A stretch of 64,000 nt of DNA from NCBI RefSeq assembly GCF_009914755.1, contig NC_060925.1; one strand, written 5' to 3'. Shown piece after piece: positions 1-12,845 of the stretch. This DNA comes from the human T2T-CHM13v2.0 reference genome, Homo sapiens. The notes below the pieces were generated by a model. It did no database searches, was not told where the DNA came from, and saw nothing but the letters and a program-made list of their open reading frames with translations. A program made the translations under genes and the position numbers. How positions within the stretch are numbered: position 1 is the first letter of the stretch; each line of letters opens with the position of its first letter.

Positions 1-148
1 TCTTCTGCTCCTCAGATCATTAATGAACAAGGGATGCGTTTCAAAGGGTTTAAACAAGCAGACCTGAAAATTCTGTTCAGCTTAGTGTATGAAAATCAGA
101 TGTTAGATAGCTTTCTTCCCAGGAGGCTGGGGAACGCTCAGCACCTAC

Positions 149-283
149 CAAGGCTTCCTTCCCTACAGTTAGGACTGAGGTGTAGGCTTCCAGATACACT
201 CGACTGCAGCGTCTAACAACTTCCAGGCCCTTGACTGTGATGTCCTTGGCATCTCCCAGGCCCAACCCGATGAGATAAAGCAT
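149..283 (-). CDS. DPH5: DPH5 first coding exon (codons 1-45), diphthine methyl ester synthase
   Basis: Translates [45 protein letters not shown], the recognisable Dph5 SAM-methyltransferase N-terminus. 135 nt end at a phase-0 donor TTG|GTAGGT (148). The ORF-track extension to 77 is intron read-through. The rest of the gene lies left of the window. Confidence 0.97.
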
Positions 284-306
284 TTCAAACTTGAGGAGAA
301 GAGAGA
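284..306 (-). other. DPH5: 5' UTR portion of DPH5 exon 2
   Basis: Minus-strand acceptor cttcgtcttgcag| (AG at 308-307) followed by TCTCTCTTCTCCTCAAGTTTGAA-ATG. Confidence 0.8.
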
Positions 307-522
307 CTGCAAGACGAAGTGGACAGAAAAACCGTCAGTAACACCGAGGACATCTAAAATCTAGTGATGAACACGATGACAACCAAAGTAGCACAAGAGA
401 AGAGGCAAGTCACAAGGAGGGGTTTGGGAACCTTATGTCACGCTTAAGAACTGGGATAAGAGGTTTTAAACAACCCTACCAGTTTTGCCTCTTGTTACAC
501 AAACCTAGGAGCAGCCAATTAC

Positions 523-624
523 CCGCTGAGAGAATCGTAGGTAGTTCTCTGGCCTTTACAAATTCTTAACTACCACCTTTCCGCAGAAGCAACTGCAAAA
601 GCGCCGGCTCCGTGCAGAGAAAAG
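523..624 (-). other. DPH5: DPH5 non-coding exon 1 (TCT/TOP start)
   Basis: Minus strand begins ggc-CTTTTCTCTG at 624 (TCT initiator/TOP) and ends at donor CGG|GTAATT (522). No upstream AUG in the exon. Confidence 0.7.
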
Positions 625-719
625 GCCCACGCCGCCGGCCTCACCTACGGTGCCGCAAAATGCTGGTGCCTTTACTGCACTTTACGACTAGCGGGAGGGG
701 GCCGGGCTAGCGGGCTACT

Positions 720-901
720 GGGCTGCGGAGACCAGAGCCCGGCTCCACTGAAGAAACCCGCCGGCTGCTGGGGCAGGGCGGCGAAAGGTCAGTCGGCCGA
801 GAGGAGTCCGTGGAGCCACCGTTTCATAGCCTCAGGGAAAGGATCGGGCGTGCTCACGAGCCCTCTAACCCATGGCTTAAACACCCGCTTCCTAAGCCTG
901 G
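720..901 (+). other. Candidate DPH5-DT exon 1 (5' end uncertain)
   Basis: Consensus donor CCTGG|GTAAGT at 901/902. Confidence 0.65.
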
Positions 902-932
902 GTAAGTGCAGTAGCTCTTCGCTCGAGAGGAG

Positions 933-940
933 CCACGTGG
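933..940. promoter_or_regulatory. Canonical E-box CCACGTGG (MYC/MAX/USF type)
   Basis: Perfect 8-bp palindrome inside the CpG island. Confidence 0.5.
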
Positions 941-1629
941 AAGAGAGTCGGGAGGGGCCCTGCGCCCTACTCCTCCTCTCCAGAAACAGGGAGGGCTGGG
1001 AAGGATTTTCCTGATTTGTCCCCGGATTTGGCCGAGTGCACAGATTTTAATTCCAGTCTTCTCATCCTCCTGTAGTTCAACTAGGTGTCTTCCTGGTGAA
1101 GCGTGAGATTGGCAAACCCAGCAGTGAGTGTGCTTCTGATTTCCCAACAAGGCAATGACTCCTTGGGTTTGTCCCCAAGACCTTATGCCTGGAGTGCCCC
1201 AAGGATGTTTCAGTCACCCTCAGTGTCAGGAATCCCAGACCTTCCTGTACCTAAAGAAGTGACCTTTAATAGTGCTCAGGGATTTCAGACCTCTCAAGTG
1301 TTTCTGCCGGGGGAATTCTTATAAAGCTGTTGGTTACATGTAATTAGAAATAGGGAAGATTTGTTTTGACTGAAAATGCTCTTCCCAAGGTGACCTCATC
1401 CAAGTTAAAAAAGACAGCTGTCATTGCTTTTCTTAGCAGGCAGTGTTGGTTACTCAGAATTTTCCTGTTGCCTCCCCGACAATGCCCAACTCCGCTTCCT
1501 TGAACCTTGGCTTTTTTTCATTCCCAGGTTCCATCCACCTTTTTGCACTTCCTATCTATAAACTCTTCGTGGCTGTGTTTTATCCCCTCTCATTACGTTG
1601 ATCTATTCCTCACACCACATACACACCCC

Positions 1630-2115
1630 AAAAAACTCAAAATGGATCGTAGATGTAAATGGAAAACCTAAACCTATACCAGAAGAAAACATAGGAGGAA
1701 ATATTCGTGACCTTATTTAGGCAAATATTTCTTAAACCAAAAGCGTGATGAAAAAAATTGATAAATTGGACTTCAACAAAGTAAAAATTTATGCTCTTCA
1801 AAAGACTTGAAGCCACATACTGAAAATATTTACAAAGCATGTATCTGATGAAGGACTTGTATGGAGAATATATAAGGAGCACTCAGAAAGCAATAATAAA
1901 ACAGTTCGTTGTTTAAAAATGGGCAAAAGATTTGAATAGACACCAAAGAAGATACACAAATAGCAAATAATTATTTTAAAAGATCTTAAACAAACAAAAA
2001 AAGATCCTAAACATCATTAGACATTAGGAAAATAAACATTTAAATCACAATGAGCTACCACAACCCACCTATTAGAATGGCTTAAGTAAAACAAACAAAA
2101 CCTCACAAAAACTGG
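1630..2115 (+). mobile_element. Old L1M fragment (ORF2 3' region)
   Basis: L1 motifs aaaatgggcaaaagatttgaataga, gataaattggacttca, cacctattagaatggct. Confidence 0.85.
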
Positions 2116-2159
2116 CTGTTCACTCAGAATTCCTAGTATCGCTAATATTTTGTAGATTC

Positions 2160-3085
2160 AAATTTCAGCCTCCTATCCAGACTTCCTCCCTCTTGGCTTC
2201 ATGTTAACGTTCTGCTGGAAATCTTCACCTAGATAACCCGGAAGCATATTCAACACATCCAAGGTTGAATCCATCACCTTCCCTTTCCATTTTGCTTTTC
2301 TTTCCATATTATCTACTTGGATGGGTCGGGGGTGGGGGTGGGTGAGGAGAGTATTGTCATCAACAGATTAACCCCAGCCAGACACTTGGGAGTCACCCCC
2401 ACATCGTCTGTCATGTCTGCCTGTATATCTCAATAGAAACCATACCGTCTATCACCATCTTGATTCTCAGGTCCTCATTTTGTCACTCTTGTAGCTGATA
2501 ATAATGTCTCCTTCACTCAAGGGGGTCAGAGAGTTATAGTTAACAATCTGAAAATATTACACCCCTTCTAGATCCTTCTGAGGCCAAGAGAAAGTCCAGG
2601 TTTGTTAACATACCCCACAAGATCATTCGTGGTGTGGCCACTGCCTACCTTTTTAGCATCATCTCTCTCCACTCCATACCATGAGCTTTCTCGCTTTCTC
2701 TCCAGCAATACTGAATTGCTTGTAGTTCTCTGCCCACAACATGCTGCTTTGTTCCTCTACGCTGCTGCCTCATCATAGAATATTGTCTCCCATTCTCTCC
2801 TGCCTAGATCACTAATACCCATTCTTTAAGACCAAGTTCAGGAAGCCTTCCCAGAGACCCTCACCCCCCTAAGCTAATTTAGGTTTCTCCTCTTCATTAC
2901 AGTATTACTCTACATATACTTACTAACCAATTTATGAGATTTTATATTTGTTCATTTGTATTTCTTCTTTACCAAACTATTGATTTAGTTAATTCAGGGA
3001 CTGCATCTTATTTGTATGCTCATCTTAGGTTTAGCACTATCCCTTGCACATAATAGGTATTAAATAAATGTTTGTTGAATAAATC
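2160..3085 (+). mobile_element. L2 LINE 3' fragment
   Basis: Ends in the L2 terminus gcacataataggtattaaataaatgtttgttgaataaat. Confidence 0.7.
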
Positions 3086-5414
3086 ATTATTATCCACTAG
3101 TAGCTGAGCTACGTATTTTTCCATCTTTATTAATACAGAGGGTGGTATGTTTTAAAAAACTACCAAAAAAATCATTAATGGAATATCAAATATAAATATG
3201 CCTGTCTCATGCCACTTTAGAAGGTCATTTGTATTGAAAGGCTTGCAACACACAAAACATATAGTTCATATGCATGCTATTGAGTAGGTAAACACATTTT
3301 CCAATGTGTTGATCATTTATGTTTTTTGTTTTCAGATTTAAAAAAATAATAATTTCAGGTAGATTCACAGTGCAAGGACACTGCCAAAAAGGATGATTAA
3401 GTAATCTGAAGAAGGTGTGGTTTATCTCCTTTCAGGAAATATATCTATATTGAAAATAAAGTTATTCTGGGTAATCAAGGAAGTGAAACATTGCCTGAAA
3501 TAACAGTAATAATTTGTTTTTAAGCTTCAAAATGTAGCCAGAGGAACTTAGTTTTACCACGGAGAATTCTTAACAAACAAACCTTTCACCTGCCGTTATT
3601 TCTCAATAAGAGTGTAAATTTTTTGTACTTTTCTGGAGGTAGACAGATAAAGGGATTATGGTAATCTTTTTTGTTTTTCCTCCTCAGCTCAACAAACATA
3701 AGCTGCAAAAATCTTGCCTATTGGATTTTGCAGAATTCTGTGGGATTTGGACATTTTTCCCTTGCCATTTAAAACAGGTTTCAAATGTGATTACATTTTC
3801 CCCAACAATTTATTGTGAAAAATTTCAAACATATAGAAAAGTTGAAACAGTGTCACAGTCAACACCCATATAGCCACCTCCAAGGTTCTAAAGTTTTAAC
3901 ATTTTGCTGTTTTTGCTTTATCACTTATTTATCCTTTTACCCAGATGTCAACCCATCTTATTTGTTGATGCATTTCCAGGGAAGTTGCAGCCATCAATAC
4001 ACATATTACATTTTGCTTGAAACATAAACTCCTCACCTAGGTAATAGATTAACAAAACATACCTAGGCATATAGCTGATTAAATGATATCATTGCTTCAC
4101 CTAATTTAGGCTGGATTTTGAAAATTTTGCTGTAAAACGATTTCAAATTAGTTTTTAACAAATATTATAGTTTTATAATGATAATGAAAGCAGTTAGAGG
4201 ACAAATTCTTTTATGTCAGCAAATTTGTAGTCTCATGTCTAGCAGAAGAGAGAGTGATGGTTAAAGAGAAAGGTGATTATAGGACAAAAGAAAAAAAGAA
4301 AGATTTTTAGCCTTTTTTGGCTTCAAGAATAACATGGATAGATTAGACCTGAAGAGTTTTCTACTTTGTATTCTTGCTTTCAGGTCAGATGATGCCAAGT
4401 CATCCCTGAGGGTGAACATTTATGCTTTTATGAAGGATCTTTAAGATGTTTTTATAACCTTTGCCAGTAACTCATTTTTACTGGCAAATTCTTCCTTATA
4501 TTTGAGACCTACAGTCAGTAGTCATAAAATGTGAGAGAGATGCAGATAGTCATAAGAAATTAATACTGATGGCTTTTCCATTTCATTGTCATAGACACAT
4601 CATATGCTACTTTTATTCTGAAGTAATAACATAGTTGAGTCACTGCATTACCTTACGGACAAATTATAATTACCTTACATTTAAGAGAAGTCATCCTTCA
4701 ATTGTCCTGTTTAAGCAGTTTGTGTATTGAAAAGAAGACATCAGGGTGACTGACTAAACTCCATCTGACCTTACTGTGAATGAAGAATATTATTTTACTA
4801 TGAAGCTGGCCTTTTAACCTACATGTTCCCAGAAATTGCCTTTGTTAGAGGAAATCTTGGTTAATATTTGTAGAGCTCAGACTCTTAATTGATTGGAGTC
4901 ATTATTTTCTAACAATTCACAAATAAGTGATAATTAAAGATAACATTGCTTTAGGATAAGGACCTGTATTTACTAAGGTTAAAAGATTTGAAGTTACTTT
5001 ATTGTACACTTGTTTACTTAGAGAAAAAGTCACTTTTTATAAACCCAGTGATTTTAAGTACTCATCCATACATTATATGTTAATCATATGATGTAAAAAT
5101 GCATAAAAAACAAATCTAGAGCTATTTTCTGTGTAAAGTGTGGAAATTTTTATTGTCATTCATCCTAGCTTAATAGATTGAATCAGTAACAATATGGACT
5201 GTCGTAAAGAAGTCACCTAGAGCCCTGCGTTTTTGTGTAAAGGAGCTCCCAGAATGTTCCCTTAAGTGCCTGTGTGTATGTGCATGTATGTGTAAACTTT
5301 CTGTTTGTTTCTAACCCATTTTCGTATATGGCAGGTCCTTCCTCCAAAGTCTATTGCTAAAAAGGTAGAATCAGGGATACATAATTCACTCTTTTTGCAT
5401 TTAAAAAAACTACA

Positions 5415-5738
<324 letters not shown>

Positions 5739-5889
5739 TTAAGGTTTTTTAGGGAAACATAGCTAAACTAGCCAAGATTTGGTGGGAGAAGGGGAGTGGT
5801 TTCCCTTTCATTCAAAAGCCAAAATTCATAAAAGCGAACTACCAGGCTGTATATTAGCCACACACACATACCCCCACTATCTACACCAC

Positions 5890-6251
5890 TCCCCTAGTTC
5901 TCCAGCCTCACCTCCTCGTCTCCGTACCCCTGGCCCCTACAGATAGCTGTGTGGCTCTGGCTCCACTTCCTTGAAGTCATTGTTCAGAATTCACTTCCTC
6001 AGTGAGGGCTATTTTATGTAAACTACAACCAACATTTCTAATCACTTTATCCGCTTATTTGCCCCTGTAGCATTGCTCACTTTGTAACACAACTGTCTAG
6101 TTTACTTATTTATTATGATGTTTTTTGTCCACATCCTATTAGAGTATAAGCACCACAAAGGCAGGATTTTTTTGTCTGTGTTATGCTCTAATGTGAAACA
6201 AACAGCTAGAACAGTGTTTGATGCTCAGTAAATATATATTGAATGAATGAG
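5890..6251 (+). mobile_element. L2a 3' end
   Basis: ctattagagtataagcacc...gctcagtaaatatatattgaatgaatga. Confidence 0.75.
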
Positions 6252-6324
6252 TATACATCTACACATGGTAATAAGTTATAAATAAATTTCTGGAGGAGAA
6301 GAACTGAACAGAGGGGATTTTTTA

Positions 6325-6560
6325 TAATGATTGAGAACTCACATTTTGATGTCATTCAGACCGTGTTTAGTCTAGGCCTTTCACTCAGTAGTGTATTCCT
6401 TGCATTCCCTTTTTAAACCTCAGTTACCTATTCTATAAAATAGAGATAATAGTAACATCTTTCATGGGATTATTGTGAGGATAAATGAAAAAATACATAT
6501 AAAGGGTTTAGCATACTTTCAGACAACTAGTAAAGACTCAGAAAACATTGACAAATATTG
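6325..6560 (+). mobile_element. MIR
   Basis: MIR core cctcagttacctattctataaaatagagataatagta...gattattgtgaggataaatga. Confidence 0.8.
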
Positions 6561-6910
6561 ATATAGAGTTTGAAATTAATTTTAGAATTATCTACAGTGT
6601 CTGTCAGATTATAATATGAAAGTCAAGTCCACCTAGATTGGTTCTTATTCTTTTCCCCATTCACAAAAGTTATATGAATCATTTACATAATTCAGTAATT
6701 ATAGACCAATCCACTAAATAGTTTACTGATTGACAAAAGTCATCTTAAGCAAGCATTATTATTTTAATATTATTCTCTGAGGTATTCTTTCTGAGAGAAG
6801 CTCTTCATTTCAATTATTCTGTCATTGAGTTCAACACTATAGACTTGGTTGGCACCAAAGAAATGTTGTCTGGCAATTTGTTAAAACTTAAAGTAGAACT
6901 TAAAGGAAAT

Positions 6911-7212
<302 letters not shown>

Positions 7213-7324
7213 GTGAATGGACTTTGCTTCTTAGTAGTTTAGTAAACAAAATCTGCTAGTGAGCAGAGAAAATGTTCATTTGGGAACTGAATTCTTTTTT
7301 TAAAAAAGCTTTTTAGATGCCCAA

Positions 7325-8130
7325 CAACAATAAAAAGAATCATTGTGTTATGTGATACATTCATATAATACAATGCTATACAGCAATCAAAAAGAATGAA
7401 TTACTGCTACATGAAACAACCTGGATGAATCTCACAGAAATGGGATATAGATTACATAAAGCAAAGTCCACCAAATTTTAAGTATACAATTTTTACGTAT
7501 GTGTATAACCATGTACCCATCATTCTGATAAAGATGTGGAACATTTCTGGCATCCCAGAGGGTTCCCTTTTATCCTCTCCCAGTAAATGCCCCCCCGCCT
7601 CCGCCCCACCTCTCCAAGGTAACCGAACCACTATTTGACTGTAAGTTAGTTTTGGCTATTCTTATACACGGAATCATGTAAAATGTACCCTTTCGCGTCT
7701 GGCTTCCTTGGCTCTGCTTTACTCATCCATGTTCTGTGTAGTAGTAGTTCATTCTTTGCTGAATAGAATTCTGTTATATGAATGTACTACTATTCATCTT
7801 CTTTATTTTTGATGGATGTTTCAGTTTGGGGCCAATATGAATAAATCTGCTATGAACATTGTTGTATCTGTCTTTTGTTAGACATTTAAGTATTCATTTC
7901 TGTTGGGTTATATTACCTAGGAATTGGAATTGCTGGGTTATAGGATATATGTTTTCACTTTAACAAATTGTGCTAAACAGTTTTCCAAAGTGTTTGTACA
8001 ATTTACATTCCCACCAGCAATAGATGCAAGTTACAGTTGCTCTGTATCCTTGTCAACACTTGGTATTGTGATACCTTTTAATTTTAGTGGGTGTGTAGTG
8101 AGATATCGTTGTGGTTTTAATTTGCAGCTC
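7325..8130. mobile_element. Old L1M 3' fragments (about 7325-7440 plus, 7445-8130 minus)
   Basis: caacctggatgaatctcaca on plus; acctaggaattggaattgctgggttatagg and ttacattcccaccagcaa on minus. Confidence 0.8.
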
Positions 8131-8160
8131 TGTGGTGGTGTCAATTGCCTCATATGTAAT

Positions 8161-8208
8161 TTTTTTCAGTTATTTTAAATTTTCAGTTATTTAATTTTTC
8201 AGTTATTT
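8161..8208. repeat. Three-copy ~16-17 bp tandem repeat (TTTTCAGTTATTT core)
   Basis: ttttcagttattt appears three times in succession. Confidence 0.85.
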
Positions 8209-9504
8209 TCTTTATTCAGTATGAATAAAATCAATATCACTTTTTGTATTGGACGAAAGTGCTTTTAAAGTCAGTATTAATTAAAACCTCTTCAAAGTCA
8301 ATTTATTTATTTTTGAAGACAAAAATATTTCTTTCTCCCACCACAGCAATATTTAAATGTGGAATCTATACTTGTAGTTGAGTAAATCCATTTGTGAATA
8401 AGATACTTCCTTTAAAGGGGCCTTAATAGATTCACTAATAAATATGTGTGAAATATGTTTTAATGTATTGAAAGCACTTAGTGCCTGAAACATACTAAGT
8501 GCTAAAGTTATTTTAAAATAATTAAAATATACTTTAAAAAAAAAATATATATATATGTTTTGCCTGGAGAGAATACCTGTTGTCAGGACACCCACTTCTC
8601 ATTATGCCTCTGCTGCCAATAACTATGTGGGTTTGGACCATTTTTTGCTATCAGTAACATGAATGCTTTTAGTTAGATGATTTCTAAGTCACATTGTAGG
8701 ATTCAGTAGCTTCCTTTTTGGTTAGAATGGAAAAAACACTAGACCGGTAATCAGTCAATGTAAGTTATTTACACTTGTGGACCTTTGCTTTGTTTCATGA
8801 CTCAAAACCCAATAAGAAGTATCTTTCCCCTCCTCCTCCTTTTCTACCCTTCCTCCTTTAATAGATTTCGATATAAAATTGCAAGCAATACAGTAATTCC
8901 TTAAACCTGGAAATTAGCATAACCAATATAAATTTTTTTTAAAAAACGTTAAGTTACTAAATTTTTTATACTAATAAACTGTAGACCTTGAGTTATTCTT
9001 CACATAACTGTACTTCACTGTAAGTACAGTGATGTTTTTCATAACTAGAAACTTTTTCAACCAAAATTAAACCGATATCTATATCAAGTTGCAGAATTTT
9101 CACAGATTTAATTTTCTCAGAGTGATTTTTGTTTGCATTTCTAAATCCTAGGTAGTCACAGAATATGATTCACCCTAATCTTATTTCCTTACATTTTGCT
9201 TTATGTTATTAGGGTCTTTTGCTTGTTTTGCAGTAATATTTTCTATTGTATACTTTGAGTAGCATTGGTTTTTTTTCTTCAGCAATTTTTACACCTTACT
9301 ATCAGAGCTCATTACATTTTCTGATAAAGGCTTATTGAGATTCAGACTCAAACTCATATAGATTCTATTTTAATCTTATCTTTGCTTCTGGCTATTGCCT
9401 CTCTTCTGGTGTTTATTAAATAAAACCTGATGAAATCCTATCATATCAAAATATTAGTAGTAGTATTAGTGGTATCAAAAATATTGTTTTCTCCATGCAT
9501 ACCA

Positions 9505-9880
9505 ATTGCAGAAGCAGTGAATAGCGTGGTTAAAAGCCTGGACTTTAATGTCATGGGCTTTAGAGTCAGACTACAGGATTTGAATTTTGGCTTCTCTTAC
9601 TAGCAATGTGACCTTAGGAAAGTTCTTGAACCCTTAGTTATATTGCCTGTAAAATACATATAATAAAGGCACTTATAGGATCATCATGATGATTAAATGA
9701 AGTAATACTACACATAAACAGTGTCTTTGAACAGTGTTTTTGCACTTTGTAAGTGTTCAATAAATGTTAGCAATCATTATAAATATTATTACCTTTAGGG
9801 TTTTGTGAAGATTAAATGGGATAAGTAAACTGTATATCTAAAGGCCTGCAATATAGTGCACAATTAACATTAGCTAGTAT
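9505..9880 (+). mobile_element. MIR plus a second partial MIR 3' end
   Basis: gtggttaaaagcctggacttt...cttactagcaatgtgaccttagga...taagtgttcaataaatgttagc. Confidence 0.75.
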
Positions 9881-10584
9881 TACTACCAAAAATATTCTCT
9901 AGCTAGCTGGTTTTACAGAATTTCTGTGTGTTCTAGGTAAAATTGCAGTTTAGGACCATCATCCATCCCTCCTGACACCAAACAAAAAGTGAATTTGTAA
10001 TTAGAATATTTAGTACTAAGAAAACATGGACATCCAGGCTAAAGCTCAAACCTTTTAAAAATTATAATGTAGCTGCAATGTTATTTGCACATGAAAGGAA
10101 ACAGAAAGTGGTGTTAGTAATTTTAAAGATAAATTTTTTCTTGAATAAGGTGTGATGTTTAGTTCCTAATAACTTTGTCCTGTGACCGATTAAACCCATC
10201 AGTAGGTTGAAGGTGTTCAGGGCATGGTAATCTGAGACTGAGGCCAGTCATTTTCTTAGACAGAGAAGCTATAAGAAATCCTATGTAGAAATTACTTAGT
10301 ATCACACTAATTTTGATATTTGCATCACTTAGATGTCATTTACTTTCCTATTATCTGTGCTCCTGCCTGGCCTCCCTGCCATCTCAGTAATAGAGTTCCT
10401 TGCCTTCTTCCTAGTCATCAGGACCTGCATCTCTGCCTTGTTATTTCAAGAGGTTGAACTTGCTACTGATTTCATTCCTCTGAGAGACTTAAGTTCTTGC
10501 CTTGGCCCCATCTACCCATGATTGGGTTCCCTTTTACAAAGCTAGGCTCCCACAAAGGAAGACACTCACCTATCTGAAATTGCC

Positions 10585-10684
10585 AGGGTCATTGAGCACT
10601 TTTGAACAGGTGTAGGCACAACTTCAAGAGGTACCGTTCACATAGATGACATACAGCTGCCCAGCTGTATGTGGTGGCTCAGTG
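10585..10684. mobile_element. MER91-like hAT-Tip100 MITE remnant
   Basis: caggg start, gcacaacttcaagaggtaccgttcacatag core and gtatgtggtggctc end resemble MER91. Confidence 0.5.
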
Positions 10685-12388
10685 GCCAGTTGCCTATTTC
10701 TCGAACTATGGTTGATCACCTGCTGTGTTCCTGCTTGGTGGTCTTCATTAGACAGCTCAGGCTGAGATTCTTGCCCATGTTTGTGGTCTTCAGTTTTTTT
10801 AATTATGTGATCTCACCTGCTTTTATCTTGCTTCTGGTTAATTTATCTCAAATTTCATGGCCATCCATTGCTCAGTGTGTTGCCTCTACCTGGAATACTT
10901 CCCTACTTTATCTCATAGGAATTATCCTTAAAATTCTAGTTCAGAAACCTCTCATCTATAGTGTTTTCCCACCTCACATAACTGCAAATTTTTTTCTTAT
11001 TTTGATTTTCTTTAATAGTCTATTGCTATTATATGTTTTTCTTAAGACTATGGATTTTAAGGGCAAGGCCAATGTTTTATCTTTATATTCTCTGTAACTC
11101 CTGTATGGTGTTCTGCTCATAATAGATGTTAAATGAATATTCGTAGTATGTCTTGATGAAAGTGCTACTTAACAAAAGCAGGCAAGTCAAGGTATGCTAA
11201 TGAACTGAGAAAGGAGAGGCTAGAAACAAGGAAAATGACATGATAAACTATTGCAGTGATCTGTACATGAGGTGATAGTAAGTCTTGCGTATACTCAGTG
11301 TCAAAAGAAGTTGAGATGTGTTAATTATATAAATCAGTGGGGATGACCATGAACATAATTAAATGGGGGAGGGGAGGAAAGGGATTGATTAAAGCCAGAG
11401 GATGATGCAAACTGGATCCTACTTCTTACTTTTAGAAGTTTATATCAAGTGTCAAGAAAATAAAAGTAAGTTCAAATTTAAATTAACAGTATTCTACATT
11501 CAGTGTAATAATGTTTAAAACTATGTAGAAATGGATCCTTAAAAACCTCTCATTTAGTCTTTCTAGAGCTGTCATAATATTTGATGACTATAAATGTAAA
11601 TTCCATTTAATGGTGAAATTTCAACAAAACTGGAATGAGCTATGGGATTTTTCTTTTGCAACCAGATAGACAAATAAATAGGCAAAGAGAGTTGAGATTA
11701 TTACTCACTTTTGAAAATCATTTGAAATACTTTTGCACTCCCTTCCCAAAAAGCCTTTTGAGAGCTAGAGTTATTTATTTTTGGAGCATCACATTTTGAC
11801 AGATTTTTGCACATTCTTCAGTGGTCATCACATGAAGAGATTTAGCTTAATTCCTTGCACAACTAACTTGAAGTCGTATGATACCTAGTTGACCTTAATT
11901 GTGTCTTGTTCAGTCCAACAAATGCTTACTATGTCTCATGCATAAGGCTATGTGCTCTTTATTCTCAGGGATAAAAAGAAGCATAAATCACTATTTGTAC
12001 CATCTAGGGATTATATTCAAATGAAGAACACAGCACACCTGTGCCCTATAGGGATATCACAATATGTACAGTGATACATGCTATAATAGAAGTGCAAGCA
12101 GTAAGGCAGAAAAGGAGGAAAAAGATTAATTAAACTGGATACTGTTCTAATAGCTTGATCTGACCTTATTGTTTATAATATCTAGGTAACACATGGAAGC
12201 TATTTCTGGATTCTTGATGGTTTAGATGACTTATCACAAGATAACCAAAGTTTGTTTATGTCATGGTTTAGAAAGACTAAATCGGTGTAATGTTGTCCAG
12301 GAAGCCCAGACATGTTGCCGATAGGACAGCATTGCAGCATTGCAGTTGACCTTCATCCTTACAAACACGCTAACTGGATTTTTCTTAG

Positions 12389-12503
12389 GATACCCACAAT
12401 ACCAGTTGCTTAGCAATGGACTAACACTAGCTATGTTTATCTGTTTCTGGTATACAAAAGTCTGGCTGCCATTTTATCCACTTCTATTAGGGTCTAGGAA
12501 GAG
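12389..12503 (+). other. Candidate lncRNA internal exon (115 nt)
   Basis: Branch-like GCTAAC 12369-74, tttttcttag| acceptor, donor GAG|GTGAGT. Confidence 0.45.
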
Positions 12504-12522
12504 GTGAGTAATATGTATTTCT

Positions 12523-12806
12523 TATTTATTTTTTTTTTTTGAGATGGAGTTTAGCTCTTTCGCCCAGGCTGGAGTGCAGTGAAGCAATCTCAGCTACTCG
12601 GGTTCAAGCAATTCTCCTGCCTCAGCCTCCTGAGTAGCTGGGATTACAGGTGCACACCACCATGCCTGGCTAATTTTTTTGTATTTTTAGTAGAGACGGA
12701 GTTTCACCATGCTGGCCAGGCTGGTCTTGAACTCCTGACCTTGTGATCTGCTTGCCTCTGCTTCCCAAAGTGCTAGGATTACAGGTATGAGCCACCGCAC
12801 CGGGCC
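12523..12806 (-). mobile_element. AluS with small internal deletion
   Basis: 16-bp TSD agtaat(a/g)tgtatttct at 12507-22 and 12807-22; the cactgcaacctccgcctc segment is missing. Confidence 0.95.
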
Positions 12807-12845
12807 AGTAATGTGTATTTCTAATTAGGACATCCCTTCTTTCAG

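Larger units (their letters stand above)
520..1040. promoter_or_regulatory. CpG-island bidirectional promoter (DPH5 / DPH5-DT)
   Basis: GC- and CpG-rich block in otherwise AT-rich, CpG-depleted DNA. GC boxes (GGGAGGGGGCC, GGGCGG) and outward-facing splice donors on both strands. Confidence 0.9.

Noticed and set aside
77-148. C-terminal 23 aa of the 68-aa DPH5 ORF
   Set aside because: Read-through past the GTAGGT donor into intron; similarity to Dph5 stops at KEAL
854-1324. 98-aa and 73-aa ORFs near the promoter
   Set aside because: Non-ATG starts, GC-rich context and no recognisable homology
10669-11097. 142-aa hydrophobic ORF resembling a membrane protein
   Set aside because: Hydrophobicity reflects T-rich DNA; overlaps MITE and L2-like remnants; no family motif
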